Origin: Actinomycetota bacterium
Lineage (GTDB): Bacteria > Actinomycetota > Acidimicrobiia > Spongiisociales > UBA11373
Direction of reading: 5' to 3'
Assembly (NCBI GenBank): GCA_016870535.1
Contig: VGBK01000001.1
Coordinates: 11,311-75,310 of the forward strand
DNA: 64,000 nt
Under the pieces are notes generated by a model. The model saw only the letters and a list, made by a program, of their open reading frames with translations. It searched no databases and was not told where the DNA came from. How positions within the stretch are numbered: the stretch's first letter is position 1; every line of letters starts with the position of its first letter. Below are positions 10,241 through 22,186 of this stretch, in pieces. Position numbers and translations under genes: made by a program.

Positions 10241-10242
10241 AG

Positions 10243-10794
10243 GTGGACGTTCGCGTGCGCGGTAAGGGCATGAGCCCGAGCGAGGACCTGCGGCGGCTCG
10301 CCGAGCAGAAGGTAGCCCGGTCCGGGCGGATGTTCGAGGACGCCGGCCCCATCGATGTCGAGTTCACCGACGAGCCGAATCCCCGCCAGGCGGGAGAGCG
10401 CTGCCGGGTCGAGATCACCGCCCGGGTGGCGACGCACCTGGTGCGCGTGGAGGCGGCCGGCGTAGATCATCGCTCCGCGCTCGATCTGGCCGTGGACAGG
10501 CTGGATCGCCAGTTGGGGCGGCTCAAGGAGCGCCTGGTCGAGCGGCACCGGCGAGGAGGGGACAAACAACTCAATAGCGCCTCCGCAAGCGTCGAAGAAA
10601 CCGGCGGCGCGGCGGACCTGCCGATCGAGAGAGTGAAGCGGTTCGACGTCAAGCCGATGACGCCACAGGAGGCAGCCCTCCAAATGGAACTGCTCGGGCA
10701 CAGCTTCTATCTGTTCCTGAACGCGGAATCCGGGCGGTACAGCGTGCTGTACCGGCGGCGCGGTGGTTCCCTGGGGCTGATCGAGCCCCAGTGA
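10243..10794 (+). CDS. hpf: Ribosome hibernation promoting factor (long HPF/RaiA)
   Basis: VRGKGM N-terminus, ALDLAVDRLDRQL, and C-terminal KPMTPQEAALQMELLGHSFYLF...YRRRGG domain. SD AAGGAGG before GTG 10243. Confidence 0.92.
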   Translation: MDVRVRGKGMSPSEDLRRLAEQKVARSGRMFEDAGPIDVEFTDEPNPRQAGERCRVEITARVATHLVRVEAAGVDHRSALDLAVDRLDRQLGRLKERLVERHRRGGDKQLNSASASVEETGGAADLPIERVKRFDVKPMTPQEAALQMELLGHSFYLFLNAESGRYSVLYRRRGGSLGLIEPQ

Positions 10795-11444
10795 CCGCGG
10801 TGCGGGTCCTCGTCGTCGACGACGTGGACCTCTTTCGGACCGGGCTCAGCGCCGCGCTGCGCGCCGCCGGCTTCGACATCTGCGGTGAGGCCGGTGACGC
10901 CGAGGGGGCGGTGACCGCAGCCGAGTCGCTCCTCCCCGACGTGGTGGTGCTCGACATCCTCATGCCGGGGCTCTCCGGCCTGGAGGTCGTTGAGAAGATC
11001 CTCGCCGTGTCGCCGTCCTCGCGAGTGATCCTCCTCACCGCCAGCGAGTCGGTAGAGGACCTCCTCGAGGGCATTCGCGCCGGGGCACGCGGCTACCTGG
11101 TCAAGGACACCGCCTTCGACAGCCTGGCGGCCGGCATCCGCGATGTGGTGCGGGGCGGGGCGGCGGTGTCGGCCCGCATGGGGGGCAAGCTCTTCGACAT
11201 CCTGCGCGGGCATCTGCGCCACCAGGAGATCGTGGGCAGCCGCGAGCCCCGCCTCACCGGGCGGGAGATCGAGATCCTGCGCCACGTGGCCGCCGGGGAG
11301 ACCTCGCGGGAGATCGGCCGGGTGCTCTTCATCTCCGAGAACACGGTCAAGAACCACATCCGCAACGTCCTCGACAAACTGGGCCTCCACTCGCGCAGCG
11401 AGGCGGTGCTGTACGCGGTGCGCGAGAGCCTCATCGAGTTGTGA
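10791..11444 (+). CDS. NarL/LuxR family response regulator (orphan)
   Basis: REC domain (VVDD, LDILMP, GYLVK) plus LuxR HTH LTGREIEIL...ISENTVKNHIRNVLDKL. Confidence 0.92.
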   Translation: MTAVRVLVVDDVDLFRTGLSAALRAAGFDICGEAGDAEGAVTAAESLLPDVVVLDILMPGLSGLEVVEKILAVSPSSRVILLTASESVEDLLEGIRAGARGYLVKDTAFDSLAAGIRDVVRGGAAVSARMGGKLFDILRGHLRHQEIVGSREPRLTGREIEILRHVAAGETSREIGRVLFISENTVKNHIRNVLDKLGLHSRSEAVLYAVRESLIEL

Positions 11445-12478
11445 GCATGGACTTCGCCGCCCACCCCGCCGCCCTCTCCGACGATCTCCCGCCGGCCGGG
11501 GACGCTGCCGGCGGCGAGGTTCCCGAGGCGCCGTCGCTCGATGAGGACCTGGTGCAGAGGCTGGCGGGCCAGTTCGCCCAAGGTGGCGCCGCCGATGCCG
11601 GCGCTACCGTGCTGCGCGACCTGCTGCGCATCGAGAGCCGCCGGCCCCGGGTCCATCGATTGCTGCGCGTCTGGGCGGGCAAGGTGACCTCGGCGGTGCG
11701 CGCCGGCGACCTCGCCCGGGCCGAGTCCTGGATGCGCGCTCTTGTCGTCTCCCCTACCTACCCGGCGGAGTTCGCCGACCTGGTGGCCGAGGCCCTCGAC
11801 GAGGTCTCCTCCCCCGAGATGCTCGACGAGTTGGTGGTCCGGTTGGCCGCCGCCGATCCGCCGGTGACCGGAGCCGGGCTGGTGGCCGTCTGGGGGCAGC
11901 GCCTGGCGCGCCACCTCGTGACCGGCATGACCGTCGACGAGCCGCCGGTCAACCGGCGCTTCCTGGTGGAGTTCCTGTCCTGGGTGGGCCGGGAGGACGT
12001 CCGGTTGGTGGCTGCCTACACCGCCGACCCCCGCTGGTTTGTGGTGCGGAACGTGGCCATCGCCCTGGGGCGCACCGGCCGGGCCCAGGCGGTGGCGCCG
12101 CTGGAGTCCCTGCTCGACCATCCCGATCATCGGGTCCGGGTCGAGGCGCTCCGCGGTGTCTTCGCCCTGAGCCGGGGCGAGGCGGTGGCCCCCCTGGTGT
12201 CGGCCCTCTCCGACGCCGAGCCCAGGGTACGCCACGCCGCTCTCTCGCTGCTGCGCGCCTCGCCCAGCCGCGAGGTGGTAGGAGCCCTGGTGGAGTTGCT
12301 GGAGCGGCACCCTCCGGCGGCGCTGGAGGCCCGTCGGCTGGTGGAGATCATCGCCGAACGGGCCGATCCCGCGGCGCCGGCGGCCCTGGAGCGCCTTGCC
12401 GGCCGGCGGCGCGGGCGCGGCGCCGCCCGGGCGGTGCGCGAGGCGGCCCGGCTCGCCCTGGAAGGAGCCCGGCGGTGA
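11441..12478 (+). CDS. HEAT-repeat-containing protein
   Basis: DPRWFVVRNVAIALG, HPDHRVRVEALR and DAEPRVRHAAL HEAT-like repeats. Coupled to both neighbours by GTGA overlaps. Confidence 0.75.
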   Translation: MSMDFAAHPAALSDDLPPAGDAAGGEVPEAPSLDEDLVQRLAGQFAQGGAADAGATVLRDLLRIESRRPRVHRLLRVWAGKVTSAVRAGDLARAESWMRALVVSPTYPAEFADLVAEALDEVSSPEMLDELVVRLAAADPPVTGAGLVAVWGQRLARHLVTGMTVDEPPVNRRFLVEFLSWVGREDVRLVAAYTADPRWFVVRNVAIALGRTGRAQAVAPLESLLDHPDHRVRVEALRGVFALSRGEAVAPLVSALSDAEPRVRHAALSLLRASPSREVVGALVELLERHPPAALEARRLVEIIAERADPAAPAALERLAGRRRGRGAARAVREAARLALEGARR

Positions 12479-13794
12479 GCGAACTCGTGGCCCGGGGCTT
12501 CCTGCGCGCCTTGCACCACGCCGCGGAGAGCATGCTGCGCCACCCGCCGACTCACCAGGCGGTGGAGGGCGCCGTCACCGCGCTGCACCAAGCCGCCGAG
12601 GCGCTCACCGCCGCGGAGAAGGAAGTGGTCATCACCGTAGGCGACGAAGCCCTCTTCCTCGGCTCCCGCCTGCTGCCCCACGCCTCCATCGAGTTCCACG
12701 GCATGCGGAGCGACCTGCAGCAGCGCGGAGTCGACTCCATAACCGTGCTGCGGGGCGCCTCGCGGCGTGACCTGGCCGACCTGGCTTCGGTGGCGGCGGG
12801 GCACGGCACCGATCTCCCCGCCGGGGGCACCGTGCGCCTGAACGAGCGGCCGCTGACGCCGGCGCAACTCGAGGCCCGCCCCCTTTCGGGGCTGCGCCGC
12901 ACCTACGCCGCCTCGCTCGACGCCCTGCGGTCGGTTTCCTCGGGCCGCCGCCTGGAGTTGGGCAAGGTGTCCGGGGCGGTGGAAGGCTTCTTGCGGGGAG
13001 GGGCCGCCGAAGGCGGCCCCTCGCTGATGCTCGCCACCCTGCACAACCACGACGAGACCACCTTCTACCACTCGGTCAACGTCTGCCTGCTCAGCCTGGC
13101 GTTGGGCCGGGCGGCGGGCCTGAGCGACGATGAACTGCGCCCCCTAGGCATGGGAGCGTTGCTCATCGACATCGGGCGGGTGGTGCTCGACGACCCGGCG
13201 CTGCGTGCCCCGGGCCGCCTCTCCAACGAGGACTGGGCGCTGGTGCGCCTGCACCCGCAGGAGGGGGCGCTGGCCATCCTGGCGGCCACCCGCCCGGGGG
13301 AGGAGGTCGCCGCGCAGATCGCTCTGGAGCACCACGTCCGCTTCGACGGCGGGGGCTACCCCGACCTGGGTGGCCGCCGCCCCCACTACCTCAGCCGCCT
13401 GGTGGCCGTCGCCGACGTCTACGACGCCGTGACCAGCCACCGTACCCACCGTCCGGCCCGGACTCCGCACGAGGCGCTGGAGATCCTGTCGCGCGGCAAG
13501 GGGGAGGCGTTCGATCCCGACGTGGTGGAGGCCTTCATCCGGATGATGGGCCTGTACCCGCCCGGGTCGCTGCTGCGGCTGGAGAGCGGCGAGGTCGTCG
13601 TGGTGACCGCGGGGACCGGCGGGTCGCCTCGTGCCCTCGTGGTGAGCGACGCGTCGGGGGCGCTGCTCGAAGTCCCCGAACCGCTGGACCTCGCCGGGTG
13701 CCGGGTGGCCGGTGAACTGCTCTCCGACGACGTTGGAGTGCCGCCGGCCTCCCTGCTCGAGGCAGCGCTGGCCGCCTCCGGCGGCGGTCGCTGA
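12475..13794 (+). CDS. HD-GYP domain protein with degenerate HD dyad
   Basis: HSVNV, LLIDIGR (normally LLHDIGK), HPQEG, EHHVRFDGGGYP, VADVYDA and GLYPPGS. Confidence 0.85.
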   Translation: MSELVARGFLRALHHAAESMLRHPPTHQAVEGAVTALHQAAEALTAAEKEVVITVGDEALFLGSRLLPHASIEFHGMRSDLQQRGVDSITVLRGASRRDLADLASVAAGHGTDLPAGGTVRLNERPLTPAQLEARPLSGLRRTYAASLDALRSVSSGRRLELGKVSGAVEGFLRGGAAEGGPSLMLATLHNHDETTFYHSVNVCLLSLALGRAAGLSDDELRPLGMGALLIDIGRVVLDDPALRAPGRLSNEDWALVRLHPQEGALAILAATRPGEEVAAQIALEHHVRFDGGGYPDLGGRRPHYLSRLVAVADVYDAVTSHRTHRPARTPHEALEILSRGKGEAFDPDVVEAFIRMMGLYPPGSLLRLESGEVVVVTAGTGGSPRALVVSDASGALLEVPEPLDLAGCRVAGELLSDDVGVPPASLLEAALAASGGGR

Positions 13795-13848
13795 GCCTCG
13801 CCACCGCTCTGTCCGCAGCGGCGGGCCGTCGATATGATGGCCGGTGCC

Positions 13849-16485
<2,637 letters not shown>

Positions 16486-16551
16486 GGCGGCCGGCGGCTC
16501 ATCCGGTCCCTTCGGGACTTTGTCCCCTGTTACGGGCACGGCCGGGGCGAC

Positions 16552-16577
16552 CATTCTTAAGGTATGCCTGAAGAATG
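16552..16577. promoter_or_regulatory. Probable DtxR/MntR-family operator overlapping the regulator start codon
   Basis: CATTCTTAAGGTA|TGCCTGAAGAATG is a 26-bp AT-rich palindrome (11/13 pairs). Its core resembles TTAGG-N4-CCTAA boxes. Confidence 0.65.
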
Positions 16578-17277
16578 CGACCCCGCCGGTAAGGGTCTGC
16601 CCGAACTTCCGGAGACCACCGAGAGCGAGGAGATGTACCTGATCACGGTGGCGCGCGCCGCGGAGGAGGGTGCCTCCGGCCCGATCCCGGTGGCCTTCGT
16701 CGCCGGTTCTCTCGGGGTATCGGTGGTTTCGGCCAACGAGAAGGTGCACCGGCTGGCCGGGCGAGGCCTGGTGGAGTACTCGCCCTACAAGGGGGTCGAG
16801 CTGACCAGCCAGGGCGCCGACGTGGCCCGGCGGGTGCTGCGGACCCGGCGCCTGTGGGCGACCTTTCTGGCAAGTCGTTTGGGCTACAGCCCGGCAGAGG
16901 CGGATGCTCTCGCCTGCCGGCTGGAGCACGCCACGCCTCCCGATGCTGCCGAGCGTCTCGCCGTCTTCCTTGGGGGCCCGCGCACCGGCCCGCAGGGCCT
17001 GGCGATTCCCCCGCCCATCGGGGAGGCCGCCCCGGCCACCCTGCCGCTGGCGGAGATCCCGGCGGGCACCGAGGTGGAGGTGGTCGCTCTCGGCGTGACC
17101 GGCGAGCCCGAGAGGTTCCTGATGGCGCACTCCCTGCGCCCCGGGTGCCGGGTGACCGTGCTGGCAGCCGGTCCTTCGGGGCTGCTGGTGGAAGCCGGAG
17201 GCCGGAGCGTGCATCTGGCCCCGGGGTTGGGTGCAGCCATCGAGGTGGTGGGGGGAGGCACCCGTGTGGGGGGGTAG
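16564..17277 (+). CDS. DtxR/MntR family metal-dependent repressor with C-terminal FeoA/SH3 domain
   Basis: ESEEMYL, wHTH, RTRRLWATFL, ACRLEH and FeoA-like C-terminus. Leads the feo operon. Confidence 0.9.
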   Translation: MPEECDPAGKGLPELPETTESEEMYLITVARAAEEGASGPIPVAFVAGSLGVSVVSANEKVHRLAGRGLVEYSPYKGVELTSQGADVARRVLRTRRLWATFLASRLGYSPAEADALACRLEHATPPDAAERLAVFLGGPRTGPQGLAIPPPIGEAAPATLPLAEIPAGTEVEVVALGVTGEPERFLMAHSLRPGCRVTVLAAGPSGLLVEAGGRSVHLAPGLGAAIEVVGGGTRVGG

Positions 17278-17566
17278 GGAGCGCCGCCGGGAGCGGGCCC
17301 GGGCTCACCGGCGCGGCGGGTCCGTTGCCCCTGCTCCGGCCGGGCTCACCCTGGATCGGGTGAGGCGGGGCGGCCGGGTGCGGCTGGTGTGGGTGGGCGG
17401 CGGTCCCCGGTTGGTGCACCGCCTGGCGGCGCTGGGGATGGTGCCGGGGGCAGTGGTCACCGTGACCCGGGCCCACGGCCCGGCCGTGCTGGCGCTGCAC
17501 GGGACCCGCATCGCCGTGGGCCGGCGCGCCGCGCGGCTCATCGAGGTCGAGGAGGCGGGCGTATGA
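17264..17566 (+). CDS. feoA: Ferrous iron transport protein A
   Basis: RLAALGMVPGAVVTV...RIAVGRRAA. GTG start after GGAGG. Overlaps the feoB start. Confidence 0.85.
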   Translation: MWGGRERRRERARAHRRGGSVAPAPAGLTLDRVRRGGRVRLVWVGGGPRLVHRLAALGMVPGAVVTVTRAHGPAVLALHGTRIAVGRRAARLIEVEEAGV

Positions 17567-19767
17567 CGCCGCCGGTGGTGGCGATTGCCGGGTGCCCGAA
17601 CGCGGGCAAGACCACCCTCTTCAATCACCTGGCAGGCGCCCGCCACTCCGTGGGCAACTGGCCGGGGCAGACGGTTGAGCGGCACGAAGGGACTCTCTCC
17701 ATCGACGGGGAGGAGTTCCGGGTGGTGGATCTGCCGGGGATCTACGGGCTGGTCGCGGTGTCGGCCGAGGAGTCCATCGCCACCGGCTTCCTGGCCGGAG
17801 AGCGGCCGGCGGCGGCGATCACCGTCGTCGATGTCACCAAGCTGAACACCGGCTTGCACCTGGTGGCCCAGGTATCCGAGGCCGGGATCCGCCAGGTGGT
17901 GGCCCTCAACATGTGGGATGTGGCCGACCGGCGCGGCCTGACGGTAGACCTGGGAGCGCTGCAGGAGGCGCTGGGTGCCCGGGTGGTGCCCACCGTGGCG
18001 CGGCGCGGGGAGGGCATGGTGGATCTGCGCGCCGCGGTGGCCGAGGTGGCCCGCACCGCCGGCCCGCCCACCCCCATGGTCATCGACTATGGGCCGGTAG
18101 TGGAGCGGCACCTGGGGGCCCTGGTCGAGGCGGCGGTGGACATCCCGGAAGTGCTCCGCCTGGGACCTCCCCGCTGGGTCATGCTCCAGTTGCTGGCCGG
18201 GGACGCGGAGACGCGTCGCCGCGTCGGCGCCGTAGCCGGGGGCGAAGCGATGCTCCGGGCCGCCCAGGGGGAGGCGGCCGCCATCACCGCCGAGACCGGG
18301 AGCGCCGTCGAGGTGGTCCTGGCCGAGCGTCGCTTCGAGTGGGTGGCCGGCTTGCTGGCGCGGGTCGCCATCGGGGCTCCGGCCGGCACTAACTGGTCGG
18401 ATCGTTTCGACCGGGTACTCACCCATCGGTGGCTCGGCTTGCCGGTCTTCCTGGCAGTCATGTGGGTGGTGCTCCGGGTGACCGCCGACGTCACCGCCCC
18501 CTTCGTCGACTGGGTCGACGCCACCATCTCGGGGCCGGTGAGCCGCTGGGCGGCCTCGCTGCTGGGGGCGGCGTCCCTGGACGGCGGCTGGGTGGAGAGC
18601 CTGGTCGTCGACGGCATCCTGGCCGGGGTGGGTGGGGTGCTGGCCTTTGTCCCCGTGCTGTTCGGCCTCTACTTGATGCTGGCCCTGCTGGAGGACTCCG
18701 GGTACATGGCCCGCACCGCAGTGGTCATGGATCGGGCCATGCGGGCAGTGGGCATACCCGGGAAGGCCTTCCTCCCCATGATGGTGGGATTCGGCTGCAC
18801 CGTGCCGGCCATCTATGCGACCCGCACGCTCGACTCGGCGCGCGACCGGCTGCTGGCCGGACTGCTGACTCCGTTCATGTCCTGTGGGGCGCGCCTGCCG
18901 GTGTACGTGCTGCTCGCCGGCGTCTTCTTCGGCGGCCGCCGCAGCACCGTGGTGCTCGCCATGTACCTCCTCGGCATGCTGGTAGCGGTTCTCATTGGGC
19001 TGCTGCTCTCCAAGACGGTGCTGCGCGAGACCGACCCCACGCCGCTGGTCATGGTGCTGCCCGATTTCCGCTTGCCCAACGCCCGCACGGTGTGGTCACT
19101 GGTGCGTTCGCGCACCTGGGCGTTCATCAAGGGGGCGGGCACGGTGATCCTGGCGGCCAGCGTGGCGGTGTGGCTGCTGCTGGCCATCCCGGTGGGGGGC
19201 GGCGGTTTCGCCGACACCGATGTGGAGCGGAGCGCCTTCGGCGCGGCGAGCAGGGGGGCGGCGGTGGCTTTCGGGCCGGCGGGCTTCGGGGAATGGCAGC
19301 AGGCGGGGGCGCTTCTCTCGGGCTTCATCGCCAAGGAGGTCGTGGTCAGCACGCTGGCCCAGCTGTATGCGACGGACGGCGCCGACCAGGAGGGGAAGTC
19401 CCAGAGCCTGGGCGCCGATCTGCGGGAGATCGGATCCGGGTTCGCCCGAGCGGCCGGGGAGACGCTGCGCGCCCTCCCCGGAGTGGTGGGCCTGGGCCTC
19501 ATCGACCTGGATGACGATTCACCGAGCAGCCTGCAGTCGGCGATCCGCACCTCCTTCGGAGCAAGCAGCGGCGGCCATGGAGCCTTGGCCGGCATGGCCT
19601 TCCTGGTCTTCGTGCTGCTCTACACGCCCTGTATAGCGGCGGTGGCCGCCTTCCGTCAGGAGTTCGGGACCCGCTGGATGTGGTTCATCGTGTTCGGCCA
19701 ACTCACGGTGGCTTGGCTCGGGGCTCTGGCTACCTTCCAGGTGGGCCGTCTGCTGGGGTTGGGATGA
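17563..19767 (+). CDS. feoB: Ferrous iron transport protein B
   Basis: G1 GCPNAGKT, GNWPG, G3 DLPG, G4 NMWD, LEDSGYMAR, GFGCTVPA, MSCGARLP and YTPC. Confidence 0.96.
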   Translation: MTPPVVAIAGCPNAGKTTLFNHLAGARHSVGNWPGQTVERHEGTLSIDGEEFRVVDLPGIYGLVAVSAEESIATGFLAGERPAAAITVVDVTKLNTGLHLVAQVSEAGIRQVVALNMWDVADRRGLTVDLGALQEALGARVVPTVARRGEGMVDLRAAVAEVARTAGPPTPMVIDYGPVVERHLGALVEAAVDIPEVLRLGPPRWVMLQLLAGDAETRRRVGAVAGGEAMLRAAQGEAAAITAETGSAVEVVLAERRFEWVAGLLARVAIGAPAGTNWSDRFDRVLTHRWLGLPVFLAVMWVVLRVTADVTAPFVDWVDATISGPVSRWAASLLGAASLDGGWVESLVVDGILAGVGGVLAFVPVLFGLYLMLALLEDSGYMARTAVVMDRAMRAVGIPGKAFLPMMVGFGCTVPAIYATRTLDSARDRLLAGLLTPFMSCGARLPVYVLLAGVFFGGRRSTVVLAMYLLGMLVAVLIGLLLSKTVLRETDPTPLVMVLPDFRLPNARTVWSLVRSRTWAFIKGAGTVILAASVAVWLLLAIPVGGGGFADTDVERSAFGAASRGAAVAFGPAGFGEWQQAGALLSGFIAKEVVVSTLAQLYATDGADQEGKSQSLGADLREIGSGFARAAGETLRALPGVVGLGLIDLDDDSPSSLQSAIRTSFGASSGGHGALAGMAFLVFVLLYTPCIAAVAAFRQEFGTRWMWFIVFGQLTVAWLGALATFQVGRLLGLG

Positions 19768-20036
19768 GGCTGGCGGCCCTGCTCCGCGCCGTGGAGGAGT
19801 CGCCCGGGACGGTGACGGTGGCCGACCTGGCGAAGCGCCTGAGGGAGAGCCCCGAGACGGTGCGCGCCATGCTGGCCGCCCTGCGAGCGGCGGGGCACCT
19901 GGGCCCGGAGGGGAGTGCCCGGCCGGGCACCGAGGAGTGCGCCTCCGCCGCTTCGTGCGCGGTGTCTTGCCCCGGGCCGGGGGATTGCCCCTTCGTGGTC
20001 GACCTGGGAGTGGGGCTCGAGGTCAGGCGGCAGTAG
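19764..20036 (+). CDS. feoC: FeoC-like winged-helix protein with four-Cys cluster
   Basis: Short wHTH (ADLAKRL...VRAML) plus C-x5-C-x3-C-x5-C. ATGA-coupled to feoB. Confidence 0.7.
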   Translation: MRLAALLRAVEESPGTVTVADLAKRLRESPETVRAMLAALRAAGHLGPEGSARPGTEECASAASCAVSCPGPGDCPFVVDLGVGLEVRRQ

Positions 20037-20161
20037 GCCACCGGGGCGGCTCTGCCGGAGCGTGCGGCGGTGCCCGCCGGGGCGTGCCCCACTCCCGGCT
20101 CGTCGGGCGCGCCACCAGCACCCGCCGCCGACGTCCGGTGCCCCACTAACCTGCGCTTCCT

Positions 20162-21281
20162 ATGGATCAGGATCCTCGCGCCGCCATCAAGTCCCTGCGG
20201 GCTCGCCTGCACGACGCCCGGAGGTTCCTTTGACGTCGAGGCCAAAGCGAACGGTCTCGAGGCGCTGAGGGCCCGGGCGGCAGCGCCGGACCTCTGGCAG
20301 GACCCCGATCGGGCCCGGGAGATCACCCGCCGCCTGGCGCGCGACGAGTCGATCGTCGCCCGGGTGGAGCGCCTCGCCGCCGCCCTCGACGACGCGGCGG
20401 TCCTGCTCGACATGGCCGCGGAAGAAGAGGATCCCCAGGCCGCCGCCGAGGTCGTCGCCGACCTGTTGGGCGTCGAGGACGACCTGGCGGACCTGGAGGG
20501 GGAGAGCCTCTACTTCGGCGAGCACGACGACCGGGCGGCGATCCTCAGCGTGCATGCCGGCGCCGGGGGAGTGGACGCCGCCGACTGGGCCGACATGCTG
20601 TTGCGCATGTACCTGCGCTTCCTGGAGGAGAGGGGCTTCGAGGTCGAGGTCGACGAGGTGCTCCCCGCCGAGGAAGCCGGCATCCGCTCCGCCACCCTGA
20701 CCGTCCGGGGCGAGCACGCCTACGGCATCCTGGAGGGGGAGCGGGGGGTGCATCGCCTGGTGCGCATCAGCCCCTTCGACTCCAACGCCCGCCGCCACAC
20801 CTCGTTCGCCGGAGTGGACGTGATCCCCGAGGTGGAGGCGGCCGAGGTGGAGATCGACCCCGACGATCTGCGCATCGAGACCTTCCGTTCCCAAGGTCAC
20901 GGGGGCCAGTCGGTCAACACCACCGACTCCGCAGTGCGCATCACCCACCTGCCCACCGGGATCGTGGCCGGCTGCCAGGTGGAGCGCTCCCAGATGCAGA
21001 ACCGGGCCAGGGCCATGGCCCTGCTCACCGCGCGCCTGGCGGAGCGCCTGCGCCGCGAGCACCAGGCGGCGCTCGAGGAGATCCGCGGCGAGCAGGGCGA
21101 GGCCGCCTGGGGCCGCCAGATCCGCTCCTACGTGCTGCAGCCCTACCAGATGGTCAAAGACCTCCGCACCGACGTGGAGGTGGGCAACGTCCAAGGGGTG
21201 CTCGACGGGGACCTGGACCGCTTCGTGGAGGGCTACCTCCATTGGCGCCGGGCGCGCCGGGAACAGGCCGGGCGCCAGTAG
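20162..21281 (+). CDS. prfB: Peptide chain release factor 2, expressed via programmed +1 frameshift at CTT TGA C (20228-20234)
   Basis: ORF0 MDQDPRAAIKSLRARLHDARRFL* from ATG 20162, internal GGAGG 3 nt before CTT. The +1 frame continues DVEAKA... and carries the SPF and GGQ motifs. Confidence 0.95.
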
Positions 21282-21340
21282 CGCGCGGGTCGGGCGTGGG
21301 CCCATCCGGGGGGGCGAAGCCGTCTGAGGGTCCCTCAGGG

Positions 21341-21362
21341 GCCGGGCCGCCGGCGGCCCGGC
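21341..21362. terminator. Perfect 22-bp palindrome downstream of prfB
   Basis: GCCGGGCCGCCGGCGGCCCGGC. No U-tract. Confidence 0.35.
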
Positions 21363-21460
21363 TACCTCTCAGAAAACCGGCCCCCGGCTAACCTGCGCGG
21401 TGCGTCCGGGGACGAGCGGGAGGGGCGAGTCGCGGGCGTCGGCACCGCAAGAGGTTCTTC

Positions 21461-22183
21461 ATGATCCGGCTCCAGGATGTCACCAAGGTCTACGACGGCG
21501 GGGTGGTCGCCGCCCAGGGGGTGAACCTGGAGATCGAGAAGGGGGAGTTCGTCTTCCTGGTGGGGCCGTCCGGCTCGGGGAAGTCCACGCTCATCCGCCT
21601 GTTGCTGCGCGAGGAACTGCCGACCGGCGGCGACCTGTGGGTGGCCGGCAAGCATGTGAACCGGCTCCCGGCGTGGAAGGTGCCGCTCCTGCGCCGGGCG
21701 GTGGGCACCGTCTTTCAGGACTTCAAGCTCCTCCCCTCCAAGACGGTGTACGAGAACGTGGCTTTCGCCCTCGAGGTCATCGGGCGCCCGCGTCATGTGG
21801 TCCGCCAGCAGGTCCCCCAGGTGCTGCGCCTGGTGGGACTGGCCGCCAAGGCCGACCGCCTGCCCCGGCAGCTCTCCGGCGGCGAGCAGCAGCGGGTCTC
21901 CATCGCCCGAGCCTTCGTGAACCGCCCCCTCATCCTCTTCGCCGACGAGCCCACCGGGAACCTCGACCCCGGTACCTCGGTGGGGATCATGCGCCTGCTC
22001 GACCGCATCAACCGCACCGGCACCACCGTCGTCATGGCTACCCACGACCACGCCATCGTCGACGCCATGCGGCGCCGGGTGGTAGCCCTGGAGCGGGGGG
22101 CGGTGGTGCGCGACCAGAGCCGCGGGGTCTACGAGGCGGTGCTGCCCTTCCCAGAGGGGCGCGATGAGGAAGAGGCGGAGTAG
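21461..22183 (+). CDS. ftsE: Cell division ATP-binding protein FtsE
   Basis: [34 protein letters not shown]. Lies between prfB and ftsX. Confidence 0.95.
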   Translation: MIRLQDVTKVYDGGVVAAQGVNLEIEKGEFVFLVGPSGSGKSTLIRLLLREELPTGGDLWVAGKHVNRLPAWKVPLLRRAVGTVFQDFKLLPSKTVYENVAFALEVIGRPRHVVRQQVPQVLRLVGLAAKADRLPRQLSGGEQQRVSIARAFVNRPLILFADEPTGNLDPGTSVGIMRLLDRINRTGTTVVMATHDHAIVDAMRRRVVALERGAVVRDQSRGVYEAVLPFPEGRDEEEAE

Positions 22184-22186
22184 GCC

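Noticed and set aside
10080..10242. Full-length raiA motif ncRNA upstream of hpf
   Set aside because: The space is short and I cannot see the conserved core segments I recall for that RNA. Kept only as a generic structured leader.
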